Virus record (IMG/VR): IMGVR_UViG_3300015374_000001
Coordinates: 30,197 to 94,196 of that record
DNA length: 64,000 bases
Direction: 5' to 3' (one strand)
Source of the DNA: a virus
Shown: positions 8,299-18,200 of the stretch, piece after piece
Layout: each line of letters opens with the position of its first letter
Numbering within the stretch: position 1 is the first letter of the stretch
Program-made: the position numbers and the translations under genes
The notes under the pieces: generated by a model
What the model was told of the DNA's origin: nothing
Seen by the model: the letters and a program-made list of their open reading frames with translations, nothing else
Databases searched by the model: none

Positions 8299-8901
8299 AT
8301 GGCGTCACGGCAATGGACCCCTCCCAAAGAGGATGGATTTATTTATATAGACGAGCTATGCGAAATAATCCATCGCAGAAACTCGACTGTCCGTAAATGG
8401 GAACGCGAAGGTCGGCTACCTAAACGGCTAATGCCTCAGCGTCGAATCAGGAATTGGCGAGCTTGGACACACAAGCAAGTCCATGGCAAGAACGGAATTG
8501 TTGAATGGATGAAGAAAAACAATCTTCATCCCGGTTCTGCTTTATCTCGATACCAACCTGATGAGGATGATATTAAAAAGCATGTAAGCCACATGCGTAA
8601 GCCTCGTTATTTGCAGCCTGTTCATATGGACATGGCAAGACAATGGGCAAATCGTGGCTGGTATATCGAGCAGATTGCAGAAGAGCTTTTACCGATCACT
8701 CGCTATCAGTCGATTGAAGGTTTGATTCGCGCTCTTACCCAAGCATTTAAGTTAGAGGGATTTGAGATTCCGCCAAGTGCTTTAAGAGAAGAGCGACAGA
8801 AGCAGAAGAAAAAGAATTATTCTCAGACTTCTGGTGCTAAGGCACAGCGTCGTTTGCGGGCGCAACGTAAAGCAGAAGCCGCTAAACAAAACGCGGCATA
8901 G
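8299..8901 (+). CDS. MerR-type HTH DNA-binding protein
   Basis: 'IYIDELCEIIHRRNSTVRKWEREGRLP...R.RNWRAWT' MerR HTH pattern; possible second HTH; basic tail. Confidence 0.7.
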   Translation: MASRQWTPPKEDGFIYIDELCEIIHRRNSTVRKWEREGRLPKRLMPQRRIRNWRAWTHKQVHGKNGIVEWMKKNNLHPGSALSRYQPDEDDIKKHVSHMRKPRYLQPVHMDMARQWANRGWYIEQIAEELLPITRYQSIEGLIRALTQAFKLEGFEIPPSALREERQKQKKKNYSQTSGAKAQRRLRAQRKAEAAKQNAA

Positions 8902-8914
8902 AGAAAGGATCGTT

Positions 8915-9376
8915 TTGGCGCAAACAGTTAAGCGCAGGCGTCGTACTGCTCCGGCTAAAGGAAAGGCCAAGGTCAGCAGGACGAAGCCACGAGTAGAAGA
9001 CACGGAATCTAGCCGGAATAAAGTTGTTAAATCAGTGGAGCATCGCGGCGTTAAAATAGAAGAGGGCCATGTTATCGGCGAGAACGGTCTTCCGGCGATT
9101 AAAATTACCAATCAGGGCTCGGAGCTTGTCCCTGTTGCACAGTACGCGAATGTTACGATTGGGCCTGTTGCTGTCACCCGTTGGGTTGAAGATCCTGGTC
9201 TTCATAAAATTACCGGTGTCGATCCTGACGACTTTGATGATGAGCAGGAATCGATTGCCGCTGCCCACAAAAACAACATCGCGGTCGGGCAAGCTCTACT
9301 TGAGGAAGTAATCGCGGAAGATCGGGAAGCTGTCGAGGAATCTGTGCGGAAGCAGAACCAGAAGGATAAGAAGTAA
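8915..9376 (+). CDS. Hypothetical protein with basic N-terminal tail
   Basis: GAAAGGA RBS, TTG 8915 (MAQTVKRRRR...); core 'ELVPVAQYANVTIGPV'. Confidence 0.6.
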   Translation: MAQTVKRRRRTAPAKGKAKVSRTKPRVEDTESSRNKVVKSVEHRGVKIEEGHVIGENGLPAIKITNQGSELVPVAQYANVTIGPVAVTRWVEDPGLHKITGVDPDDFDDEQESIAAAHKNNIAVGQALLEEVIAEDREAVEESVRKQNQKDKK

Positions 9377-9377
9377 A

Positions 9378-10781
9378 TTGGATGCTGAGCGGGGGCTAAT
9401 CAGCAAAATAATTCAATCTGGCGATCTTGATACAGCGATTGCACGAGGAATTGAGTTAGATCATTTCGCTGATGAGGAATGCGAAGAGATATATGATTTC
9501 CTGCTAGACCATTGGCGGAAGTACAAATCTACCGCAACAGCCAAGGTTGTCCGCAAAGAATTCCCTGATTTCAAGGTAGCGGTAGATCGCAACACCCTCC
9601 CCTATTTCATTGATCAATTCGTAACGACTGTCAAGGAGCGCGAGGCAATTGATCTTGTCCGCGACTTCCACGAAGCTCTAGAAGATCCAGAGCAGATTAA
9701 TGAAATAGAGCTAGTTGCGCTTGAGATGGCTCGCAAGCTGGTAGATGTAGTGCCAGCACCCCGCGTCAAGAAATTTTCTGAGGGGCTTGAGCGGATAAAG
9801 GAATACGATAAGCGTAAGAAGGAAGGGATGCCGCCAGGTGTGATGATGGGTATTCCCTCTTTTGACCGGGAAACGCTTGGAGCACAGCCGCATGAATTGG
9901 TTACTGTAGTCGCCTATCTAGGCGTGGGAAAATCAAAGCTTCTACAGCATGTCGCGTATTCAGCTTATTTGCAGAAAAAGACGGCTGTATATATCTCCCT
10001 TGAGATGGAAGCCGAAGCAATCCTACGTTCGCTTGACACTATGGCCACTAATTTTAAATACCATTCGCTCAAAGCCCTCGAACTTGATATTGGGGATCGT
10101 GAGCAATGGGAAAAGCTGGCCGAACAGGCTCACGAGGATCGACACGAGCGCGATATCTACATCATTGACGATATCCGAAACTGCACTGTCGATAATGTGG
10201 CAGCAAAACTCTTGCGGTACAAGCCAGATGTAGTAATTACGGACTACATGGAATTAATGCGGACGCCGAAAGGAATTGGGGGAGCGCATTGGGAACAGGT
10301 CCAATACACGACGCAGGGTCTTAAGCAAAATGCGAGACTCTTTCGCGTCCCTCATATCTCGGCTGCTCAGCTTAACCGCGAGGGCGGCAAGGGTGAGGCT
10401 AGCCTTGCGAACGTTTCCTATCAATCTGTTGGCAAGGACTCCGATTTACTTATTGGACTCAATCAGGACGAGGAAGACGAAGCGCAGCAGGAAATGAAGG
10501 CTATGCTGCTCAAGAACAGGGACGGTCGCAAGACCAGTACGAAACTGCGCTGGCAGTTAGAGCGCCATGTCATCCAAGAAAAAGGCGTGGCCGAACGCTT
10601 CCCTGAAAGAAATGATGATGGTAAGCTGAAGAATCCCAAGTTCAAGGGACGTAAGACTAGGCGAGAGCAAGATAAATTGCAGGTCGCGGATGAACTCAAA
10701 GGCGAAGATAATCCATGGAAGCCAAGAAAGCGTATGCGGGGATCGGCTCGCGCAAAACCCCGCAGTCGATCCTTAACTTAA
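9378..10781 (+). CDS. dnaB: Replicative DnaB-like helicase
   Basis: Walker A 'AYLGVGKS', 'ISLEM', 'DYMELM', 'AAQLNRE', 'KNRDG'. Confidence 0.9.
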   Translation: MDAERGLISKIIQSGDLDTAIARGIELDHFADEECEEIYDFLLDHWRKYKSTATAKVVRKEFPDFKVAVDRNTLPYFIDQFVTTVKEREAIDLVRDFHEALEDPEQINEIELVALEMARKLVDVVPAPRVKKFSEGLERIKEYDKRKKEGMPPGVMMGIPSFDRETLGAQPHELVTVVAYLGVGKSKLLQHVAYSAYLQKKTAVYISLEMEAEAILRSLDTMATNFKYHSLKALELDIGDREQWEKLAEQAHEDRHERDIYIIDDIRNCTVDNVAAKLLRYKPDVVITDYMELMRTPKGIGGAHWEQVQYTTQGLKQNARLFRVPHISAAQLNREGGKGEASLANVSYQSVGKDSDLLIGLNQDEEDEAQQEMKAMLLKNRDGRKTSTKLRWQLERHVIQEKGVAERFPERNDDGKLKNPKFKGRKTRREQDKLQVADELKGEDNPWKPRKRMRGSARAKPRSRSLT

Positions 10782-11302
10782 TGTGTCTACTCGGCAAGTC
10801 ATTTGCCGATCATGACTGGATACTCAGAACAGGCGGTGCTGATGGCGCTGATCATGCATTTGCCATGGGCTGTGAGTCTGATTTAATTGATTACTCCGGT
10901 CGCGGCGGTGTGTTGGAGCTATACCTGCCGTGGGATGGATTTAATGGATTGCACTCCAAGTGGTGTCCGCCCAAGCGCGAGGCATATGAGCTTGCCGCAG
11001 AAATCCATCCGGCTTGGCTAAAGTGCAGTGAGGCAGCGCAAAAGCTACATGCCCGCAACATGCATCAGGTACTCGGATGGGATTTAGACGATCCGGTGAA
11101 GATGGTTATTTGCTGGACGCCTGATGGAGCTACAGACGAAACTGGCACTAGTACAGGCGGCACAGGTCAAGCGATTCGGCTGGCCAATATGTACGAGATA
11201 CCAGTCTTTAATTTATATTGGGTGCAACATAAAATGCGTGCTATGCGGCAGATCATCAATGAAGACGATGATCCTTGGGGCGTGGTGGCGAATAATCTAT
11301 GA
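10715..11302 (+). CDS. SLOG-superfamily (DprA/Smf-like) phage protein
   Basis: 'YAGIGSRKTP', 'LRTGGADGAD.AF', 'HARN', 'GGTGQAIRLA....IPVFNL'. Confidence 0.8.
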   Translation: MEAKKAYAGIGSRKTPQSILNLMCLLGKSFADHDWILRTGGADGADHAFAMGCESDLIDYSGRGGVLELYLPWDGFNGLHSKWCPPKREAYELAAEIHPAWLKCSEAAQKLHARNMHQVLGWDLDDPVKMVICWTPDGATDETGTSTGGTGQAIRLANMYEIPVFNLYWVQHKMRAMRQIINEDDDPWGVVANNL

Positions 11303-11781
11303 AAGCCTATGATCCCCCGCCAGAAGACGCTAAAGAGATTAATGAATTCACCTGGCGCGATGGACAACGCTGGATACATGGCGTTCCTAGCAACTTTTAT
11401 ATTGAGCCTGATGGTACGTCTGTTGAGATGGAGTTTCAGGCTGCTAAGACAAAGAACCCATTTGAAAAGAAATACATTTTTTCTTCGCCTACGCCGGGAG
11501 TCGCCAAGCAGCGCGGCAAAGAAGTCACGTTACTGAAGAATTGGGATGGTATTAAAGTAAAGGTGATGGAGGGCCTGGTCCGTCAGAAGTTCAATGACCA
11601 TCCTGAGCTTGCCGCCTGGCTACTGGCTACCGGCGAGGCGATTCTACGGGAAGACAATACGTGGCACGATCAGTATTGGGGCAACTGCACGTGCTACGAG
11701 CGTAAGCATTTCTATAGGATCGGCGAGAATCATTTGGGCAAGATCCTGATGAAGATCCGCAAAGAATTAAATGCCGCGTAG
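11299..11781 (+). CDS. NADAR family protein (YbiA-like)
   Basis: 'SNFY', 'E..FQAAK', 'AK..G', 'WD..K..VM....QKF', 'LLATG', 'D.YWG', 'G.NHLGKILM..R'. Confidence 0.9.
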   Translation: MKAYDPPPEDAKEINEFTWRDGQRWIHGVPSNFYIEPDGTSVEMEFQAAKTKNPFEKKYIFSSPTPGVAKQRGKEVTLLKNWDGIKVKVMEGLVRQKFNDHPELAAWLLATGEAILREDNTWHDQYWGNCTCYERKHFYRIGENHLGKILMKIRKELNAA

Positions 11782-12898
11782 ACGTAGACTCAAAGCAAGC
11801 GAATGGCTGCACAAGGTCGATGTGCAGGACTTCCTTGAAACGCTTGACATAATGAATATATCTCAGGCGCGTACCGATGAGCTTAAATTCTCTTGCCCCT
11901 TCTCAGGCCATTCGCACGGCGACGAGAACCCATCGGCCTACATGAACACGGGTGTAGTCGAGCCAGAGCGAGCTACTAAATGGAAGTGCCACGGCTGCAA
12001 TCGCTCAGGCAATGCCATCTCGTTCCTCTCAGAGCACGAGGATATAAGTAAATTTGAAGCTGCTACCTGGCTGCGGCGAGAGTATGCCAGCGATTTCCGT
12101 TCTCCAAAGGGCGGCACTATCTCGGCAGAGTTTGAACAGCGGCGTAGGAAGTTCGAGGAAATGCGACAGCGCTCCTACGAAGCTGATCCATACCTAGACG
12201 AAGCTTGTCTATATCCTTTTGCGGTGAATTGGGATAAGGTACAGCAGGATGATTCTGATGCCGCTCAGTATTTAATTGGTCGTGGATTCGAGATAGATAC
12301 TCTCAAGGAATGGGAAATCGGCTATGACGCAACCTCCGAAAGATGGGTTATCCCCGTGCGGGATAAGGATGGATTACTTGTGGGGTTCAAGGCACGTGCC
12401 TGGCGAGAAGGTCATAAACCTAAGTACCTCGTCCTGGGCGGACGTAGCTATGATTTTTCAACTTTTGACAAGTCTCACCATGTCTTCGGGCTCCACAGAG
12501 CAGCAGGAAGCTTTTCAGCGATTATTTGCGAAGGAGAATTAAATGTCATAGCAATGAATCAGATGGGTTTACATAACGCCATTTCGATCAGCGGTTCTAG
12601 CATGAGCGATAGGCAAGCTAAACTGATCCGCGATCATTTTACTTTGGCGTATTTATTTCTGGATCACGACAATGCAGGACACGCCGCGACCTGGGGATGG
12701 ACAAGCAAGGACGGCACAGAGCATCGTGGAATTGTGGACCTTTTAGAACCGTTCATGAAGGTCTATATCGTCGGTCCGCATGAAGGCGATCCGGCAGATA
12801 TGATGCGGGATGGCAAGGACGATGAAGCTCAGCAGCTAATCGATAATGCCGAGGCCAGTACAAACTACGTTGCAATCCCCGATAGTCCCGTGCTATGA
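11771..12898 (+). CDS. dnaG: DNA primase (CHC2 Zn finger + TOPRIM)
   Basis: 'CPF..H...NPS', 'CHGC', 'PKYL', 'CEGE', 'DHDNAG', 'DPAD'. Confidence 0.9.
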   Translation: MPRRRRLKASEWLHKVDVQDFLETLDIMNISQARTDELKFSCPFSGHSHGDENPSAYMNTGVVEPERATKWKCHGCNRSGNAISFLSEHEDISKFEAATWLRREYASDFRSPKGGTISAEFEQRRRKFEEMRQRSYEADPYLDEACLYPFAVNWDKVQQDDSDAAQYLIGRGFEIDTLKEWEIGYDATSERWVIPVRDKDGLLVGFKARAWREGHKPKYLVLGGRSYDFSTFDKSHHVFGLHRAAGSFSAIICEGELNVIAMNQMGLHNAISISGSSMSDRQAKLIRDHFTLAYLFLDHDNAGHAATWGWTSKDGTEHRGIVDLLEPFMKVYIVGPHEGDPADMMRDGKDDEAQQLIDNAEASTNYVAIPDSPVL

Positions 12899-12899
12899 T
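12870..12899 (+). promoter_or_regulatory. Promoter TTGCAA-18-TATGAT (extended -10)
   Basis: Both hexamers, upstream of the ssb/AT-hook operon. Confidence 0.65.
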
Positions 12900-12954
12900 C
12901 CCGTCAAGTACGAAACGTCTTCGGACAGCTTATTAAAGCTTAGGAGTAAATAAA

Positions 12955-13773
12955 TTGGCAAGAACAAGATCCCGCACAGAAAAGCCAGGCCGCACTTTAG
13001 GAAAAGTTGCACGTGCCAAAAAGCGCGTCGATAGCAAAATGAGCGGCGGCAAGAAATTTTTGACGATTGAAGACGGCGAAACTGTTGTCATGCGTTTTCT
13101 TGAAGAGGGCGAAGACTTCAAGGATGCATATGTGCATAACACGCCTTTCGAGCGCGACGATGGAAGTACGTATTATCTCGACGTTCCCTGTCTCGATCAG
13201 GATGAAAAAGGTGTGCCTTGCCCTGGCTGCCGCGACGAGCTAGATATTAGATATAAATTCTATGTCTGCGCTATCGTCCGTGATTATCCTGAAGTCGATG
13301 ACAACGGCAAGGTTCTTGATGAAAAAGATCAGGTTGTTGTCTGGACTGGTGGCGTCAAGGTTGGAGATAAATTAGCTAAGAAGCATTCTCGATATGGTCT
13401 TATGTCGCGGGATTGGGAAATCACCCGTGATGGCGTTAAGCTCAAGACCGAATATGAAATTGAGCCTGCCGGTGATGGCGCTGAGCCAATGTCGAAGGAA
13501 GACAAGCAACTGGCAGAAACAAAGCCTGATTTAACCTTCTATGTGAAGCCGCCAGAGTTCGAAGAGTTTTATGTCTCTCCGAAGGATCGCGGAGATGCCA
13601 AAGCAGTAGAGGAAGGCAAGAAAGCAAATCCATGGGGAGAGCGTAAAAAGTCTGGTGGGAAGACAAAAGCAAAATTCCGTAGTAGCCGTAGTAGCGGCGA
13701 GGATGGAGAAACAAAGGTGCGCTCCGGGCGAAAGCGCTCTAAAGGCACCACTAAAGTTCGTCGCCGCCGGTAG
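12955..13773 (+). CDS. gp32-like single-stranded DNA-binding protein
   Basis: 'FL.I.DGE..VMRFL', H...C...CPGC Zn site, 'RDWEITR.G..L.TEY'; located after primase. Confidence 0.75.
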   Translation: MARTRSRTEKPGRTLGKVARAKKRVDSKMSGGKKFLTIEDGETVVMRFLEEGEDFKDAYVHNTPFERDDGSTYYLDVPCLDQDEKGVPCPGCRDELDIRYKFYVCAIVRDYPEVDDNGKVLDEKDQVVVWTGGVKVGDKLAKKHSRYGLMSRDWEITRDGVKLKTEYEIEPAGDGAEPMSKEDKQLAETKPDLTFYVKPPEFEEFYVSPKDRGDAKAVEEGKKANPWGERKKSGGKTKAKFRSSRSSGEDGETKVRSGRKRSKGTTKVRRRR

Positions 13774-13808
13774 GCGACAGGGCATTTAACCAGCAAAGGA
13801 GGTACATA

Positions 13809-14318
13809 ATGCCTATTTATAAAATCTATGTCGCCGATGACGACGAAAACCTTGAGTCTTTAGGTGAGGTTGACGCGGCGGATAGCGCTGAGGCCCTTGA
13901 AGGGTTTCTTGATGCAGCGACAGAGCAAGGTGTGGAAGTTGACTACGAAGCTGGATTTGAAGTAATTGAGGAATCCAGCATCGAGCATGTTGATGTTGAG
14001 GAAGAGCCACAGCCGCCCAAGCTGATTGTTAGCGTGGGTAGCGCGGCTGCTAAGCCGAAGCGTGGCCGTCCGAAGGGTTCTGGCCGTAAGCCTGGTCGGC
14101 CTAAGAAGGAAACGGCTGAGGAAGCTCCGAAGCGGCGTGGTCGCCCACCGGGTAGCGGTAAGAAGCGCGGTCCCGGTCGCCCCAAGGGTTCGACTAATAA
14201 AAAGACCACCACAAAGTCAGCGCCTAAAAAGAGCGGGCGTGGGCCGGGTCGCCCGAAGGGGAGCAAGAACAAAACCCGTAAGTCTCCGTTCAAGGGCGGC
14301 GGCTCGGACGACGAGTAA
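13809..14318 (+). CDS. AT-hook / HMGA-like nucleoid protein with acidic N-domain
   Basis: Five GRP[K/P] AT-hook motifs (KRGRPKG, PGRPKK, RRGRPPG, 2x PGRPKG); strong AAGGAGG RBS. Confidence 0.8.
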   Translation: MPIYKIYVADDDENLESLGEVDAADSAEALEGFLDAATEQGVEVDYEAGFEVIEESSIEHVDVEEEPQPPKLIVSVGSAAAKPKRGRPKGSGRKPGRPKKETAEEAPKRRGRPPGSGKKRGPGRPKGSTNKKTTTKSAPKKSGRGPGRPKGSKNKTRKSPFKGGGSDDE

Positions 14319-14340
14319 TAAATAAACTCGTGCCCGAGGA

Positions 14341-14379
14341 AGGATGGGGATCGGTTTCGGCCGGTCCCCGTTCTACTTT
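14341..14379 (+). terminator. Intrinsic terminator
   Basis: AGGATGGGGATCGGT-TTCG-GCCGGTCCCCGTTCT then ACTTT. Confidence 0.7.
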
Positions 14380-14393
14380 CAAAGGAGGTTTTT

Positions 14394-14780
14394 ATGGATC
14401 GTAACGAGTTTGAAGATTTTGTTGAAGGCCACTATCAGGATATTATGGGCCTGAATAAAACTAAAGGCCATGAATATGCCGGTGATGAAGACGCTCTTGC
14501 TAACTTCAAAGAAGTGGCTAAGGAACATGGTATTACCCCCGAACAGGCTTGGGGCGTTTATACATCAAAACACTGGAAGGCGATCCAGAGTTTTATCCGT
14601 GAAGGCCAGGTTCACAGTGAGCCGATTGAGGGACGAATCCAAGATGTGATTCTTTATTGTTTCCTTCTGCTTGGTTTAATTGAAGATGGCACCATTGAAG
14701 TTGAAGAAGAACGCATCACAGGAGCAGAAGAGGTGACCCGCGAGTTTACTCCATTGACACCACTCTCTGAGAACAACTAA
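14394..14780 (+). CDS. All-alpha NTP-pyrophosphohydrolase-like / nucleotide-modification-associated domain protein
   Basis: 'K..EYA...D.LANF...', 'KH', 'SEPIEGRI.D...Y..LL' pattern. Confidence 0.6.
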   Translation: MDRNEFEDFVEGHYQDIMGLNKTKGHEYAGDEDALANFKEVAKEHGITPEQAWGVYTSKHWKAIQSFIREGQVHSEPIEGRIQDVILYCFLLLGLIEDGTIEVEEERITGAEEVTREFTPLTPLSENN

Positions 14781-15052
14781 TGCCCAAGCAAGAAGAATTA
14801 GTTAGCAATGCGCCTTTGCGCGAGGCATTCGAGAACAGCGGTATGAGAGCTTATGATTTAGCTATTGCGATTGACTGGCGCAAAGGACCAAAGAGGAAGC
14901 CAGATACTCAGCGCGTACAGAGAGTTCTAGGCTTAGCTCCGTATTACAATTCCTACAACAGCAGGAAGGCATTTGCTAAATCACTTACGATTGACAATGC
15001 CATTAAAATAGGGTCTGTTCTGAATCTCGATCCAGTGGATATCGGAGTATGA
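14780..15052 (+). CDS. Small HTH-like protein
   Basis: Coupled ORF; 'LREAFENSGM.AYDLA' and 'IG.VL.LDPVD.G' XRE-like ends. Confidence 0.5.
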   Translation: MPKQEELVSNAPLREAFENSGMRAYDLAIAIDWRKGPKRKPDTQRVQRVLGLAPYYNSYNSRKAFAKSLTIDNAIKIGSVLNLDPVDIGV

Positions 15053-15270
15053 GCGACGAGAAAGCATATGAAGAAAAATTGCCGACGCCTGGTACCTGGC
15101 CAGAGTGCGAGGTAGGTCAGTGGTACAGGGTTCTCCATGAATGGGATAAAGGAAAAGTAGGTAATTGCATCAGCACTAGCGAGACACTCTTTGGCCATCG
15201 CCATGCTCGCTTGAGGTTCAAGGATGGCCACGAGCGAGGTTTCCGCACACATGATTTGCAGTTAGTTTAA
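15049..15270 (+). CDS. Small SH3-like hypothetical protein
   Basis: Coupled to both neighbours; beta-rich 'VGQ.YRV...GKVG...LRF.DG...F...DL'. Confidence 0.5.
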   Translation: MSDEKAYEEKLPTPGTWPECEVGQWYRVLHEWDKGKVGNCISTSETLFGHRHARLRFKDGHERGFRTHDLQLV

Positions 15271-18200
15271 TGGGTCTAGCTCACCTTCATAAACACTCGG
15301 AATTTTCATCCATTGATGGGACCGGCAACGCTAATCAATATACCAAGCAAGGCTATAAATTCGAGCAAGAATTTATGGCTATTACCGACCATGGTAGATT
15401 GGGCGGCGTATTGGATCATGTCTACGTTTGTCAGAATCCTGATAAGTTTGACGATCCAGACGACCCGACTAAGAAGCGCGGTAAAGACGAAAAGTTAATA
15501 CCGCTGCTCGGGATGGAAGCGTACTGGCGCGATAACCGCTTTCAGGAACAGAAGAGTTACAGCAGTGCAAATCATTTAACTCTGATCGCTGGCAGTCTCC
15601 GTGGTTGGCGGACATTGATGCGTCTATCGAGCAAGGCGTGGATTCCTATCGACCGCAAGGGCGGCTTCAAGGGCAAACCCTGCATCGATTGGGAAATGCT
15701 AGAGGCAGACCACGAGGATTTAATTGTTTGTTCTGGCTGTTTCGCTAGTCCACTTTCTCAATTAATCCTGGCCGGTGATCAATCAGGCGCAGATGAGTAT
15801 TGCTCACGCATGCAGAACCTTCTAGGTGATCGCTTTTGGGGCGAGATAATGCCTCACGATCTAGATGAGCAGCGTTCAATCAATGAAGGCGTAATAAACT
15901 TATCTCAGGAGCATGGCTTTGGCGTCGTCGCAACAGGTGATGTGCATATTCCGTATCAAGAGTGGGAAGATACGGCGCTTGTGCTCAAGATGGTCAGCAC
16001 AAAACAGACGCTCTCCAAGCGCGCCAAAAAGCAAGAGGCTGGCGAAGACGTATACGGAGAGCGGATCGACACCATTTACTTAAGCCCGGAAGACGAGTTC
16101 CGCGAGCAGTTTGCTGAGTACCACGAGGATATCGATGAGGATATTGTCGATGAGGCGATAGCAAATACTGAAGTGTTGGCTCGCTCAGTCAAGCATTTTG
16201 TTATCAGTAATGCCACTAAGCTGCCCAAGGTAGCTAAGACTTCACTAGATGCAGAGCGTATCGTCAAGCGTTGGTGCAAAGAGAGTCAATACCCAACGGG
16301 CAAGCCAAAGAATTGGCAGGAATATCGTGACCGATACAACTATGAATTCAAAGTGCTCCGAGACAAAGGTGTGTTGGACTATTTCATCTTGGTCGGAGAT
16401 ATGGTCCGCTGGGCAAAGAGCAGAGATGCGTTACCCGGTTCTGACAAGCGTAAGCGGCCTATCCGGGTGGGTCTTGGAAGAGGTTCTGCGGCAGGGTGTC
16501 TTATCTCGTATCTCATCGGCATCACCGCAATTGATCCAATTGCCTGGGGTCTGTTGTTTGAGAGGTTTCTGAATCCTGATCGTGTCGGGATGCCGGATAT
16601 TGATCTTGACTTCGAGACTGACTTAAATGATTTCGAAACTCTCGACGGCAAAATGGTGGACGGCCGCGAGATGGTCAAGGAATATCTCAAGGCCAAGTAT
16701 GGTGACGATCACGTAGCGGATATCATTGCCTATCAGACCTTCGCTCCGCGCGTGACAATCAAAGAGGTTGCAGCTACACAGGATCTTCCTTATGGATTCA
16801 TCAAAAAAGTCACAGATTCAATCGGAGATACAGAGCGCGATCTTGAAAAGATTGCAGCAGAAAATGGATTGGTTCGTAAACTCAAGACAGAACACCCCTA
16901 CGTATGGGAACAGTGCTTACGGCTCGAAGATCAAATACTCCGAGATACCCGACATGCAGGCGGCGTGCTCATTACCCCCCGGCCAACAAATGAGTATATG
17001 CCTACTCAGATCGGAAATGATGAGATTACAACAGTCACAGCATGGGCGGATCGTGCCGATTTCCAAATTATCAGTGATTACGGATTTGTAAAGATTGACG
17101 TACTCGGTGTCAAGGGATTAGCGAAGCAGCAACTATGCGTAGATTTAATTGCTGATCACTATGGCGACATAGTTGAACCGAATGATCTACCGGCTCTGCG
17201 CGATCCATACAACGCAGATCAAAAAGCGCTAGACGCATTTACTCAAGGATTGACTCTAGGTGTCTTCCAGTTCTCCGGGCGAGGGATCACAAATCTCCTG
17301 CGCCACATCAAACCAGACAGCACCATCGACATTGCCGTTGCTAATGCCCTTTATCGGCCTGGCCCTATTAAAATTGCATTTGAATATGGGGATCGAAAGA
17401 ACGGGAAGATACCCGAGGCCGATTGGTATTGGCACGATGCCGTCGAGCCCATCTTAAAAGAAACCTGTGGCCTGATTGCCTTCCAAGAGCAGGTTATGGA
17501 AATTACTAAGGTCATCGGTAATTTCACGGGTGGGCAAGCAGACTCAATGCGTAAGGCAATCTCGAAGCTCTACCGGCTCCCTGGTGACCAGGCACGAGCA
17601 TTCATGCAGGGCTTCAAGGATCAATGGTTAGAGGGGTGTGAATCAAATGGCTTGGACGAAACCGCTGCCGGGGTTATCTGGGATGCCATCCTTGAATTCG
17701 CCGGATACGGATTCAACAAATCCCACAGCGCCAGCTACGCCTTGCAGGCATATCAGGATATGTGGCTCAAAGTTAATTATCCCCTTGCGTTTTATGCGGC
17801 CACTCTTACCATCGAACGAAAAGCAAAAGCCGAAGAGGATGCCGAATGGAAGCGAGGGATCTTCCGCGAAGCAGAATTATTCGACGTAAAGATTGATCCG
17901 CCCGATGTAAATGCCAGCGAGCGCGGATTCATTATCGATGGCGACCGGCTGCGTTATGGACTAGTCAGCGTCAAGGGCTTAGGAGGATTGACAGTTGATC
18001 AAGTCAAAGAGGTACGTCCAGTCTCTTCATTTGATGATTTTGCTAGGCGTACCCCAAGCAACTTCGGAGCCGATAATGCCGCCGCACTTGTTAAAGCTGG
18101 CGCATTCGATTCCCTTGGAGAAGATCGGGAAGCGTTACTAGCCAAGACTCGGCGCTGGGCAAAGAACAAATACAACGTGGTGATGGCGTGCGGGTGTAAG

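Noticed and set aside
8133-8396. 87-aa ORF in the track
   Set aside because: Overlaps promoter and hairpins, no RBS, conflicts with the 8299 gene
11449-11470. NPF in NADAR (and in the HNH protein) as a tail motif
   Set aside because: Lies within or directly against the folded domain; not counted as support
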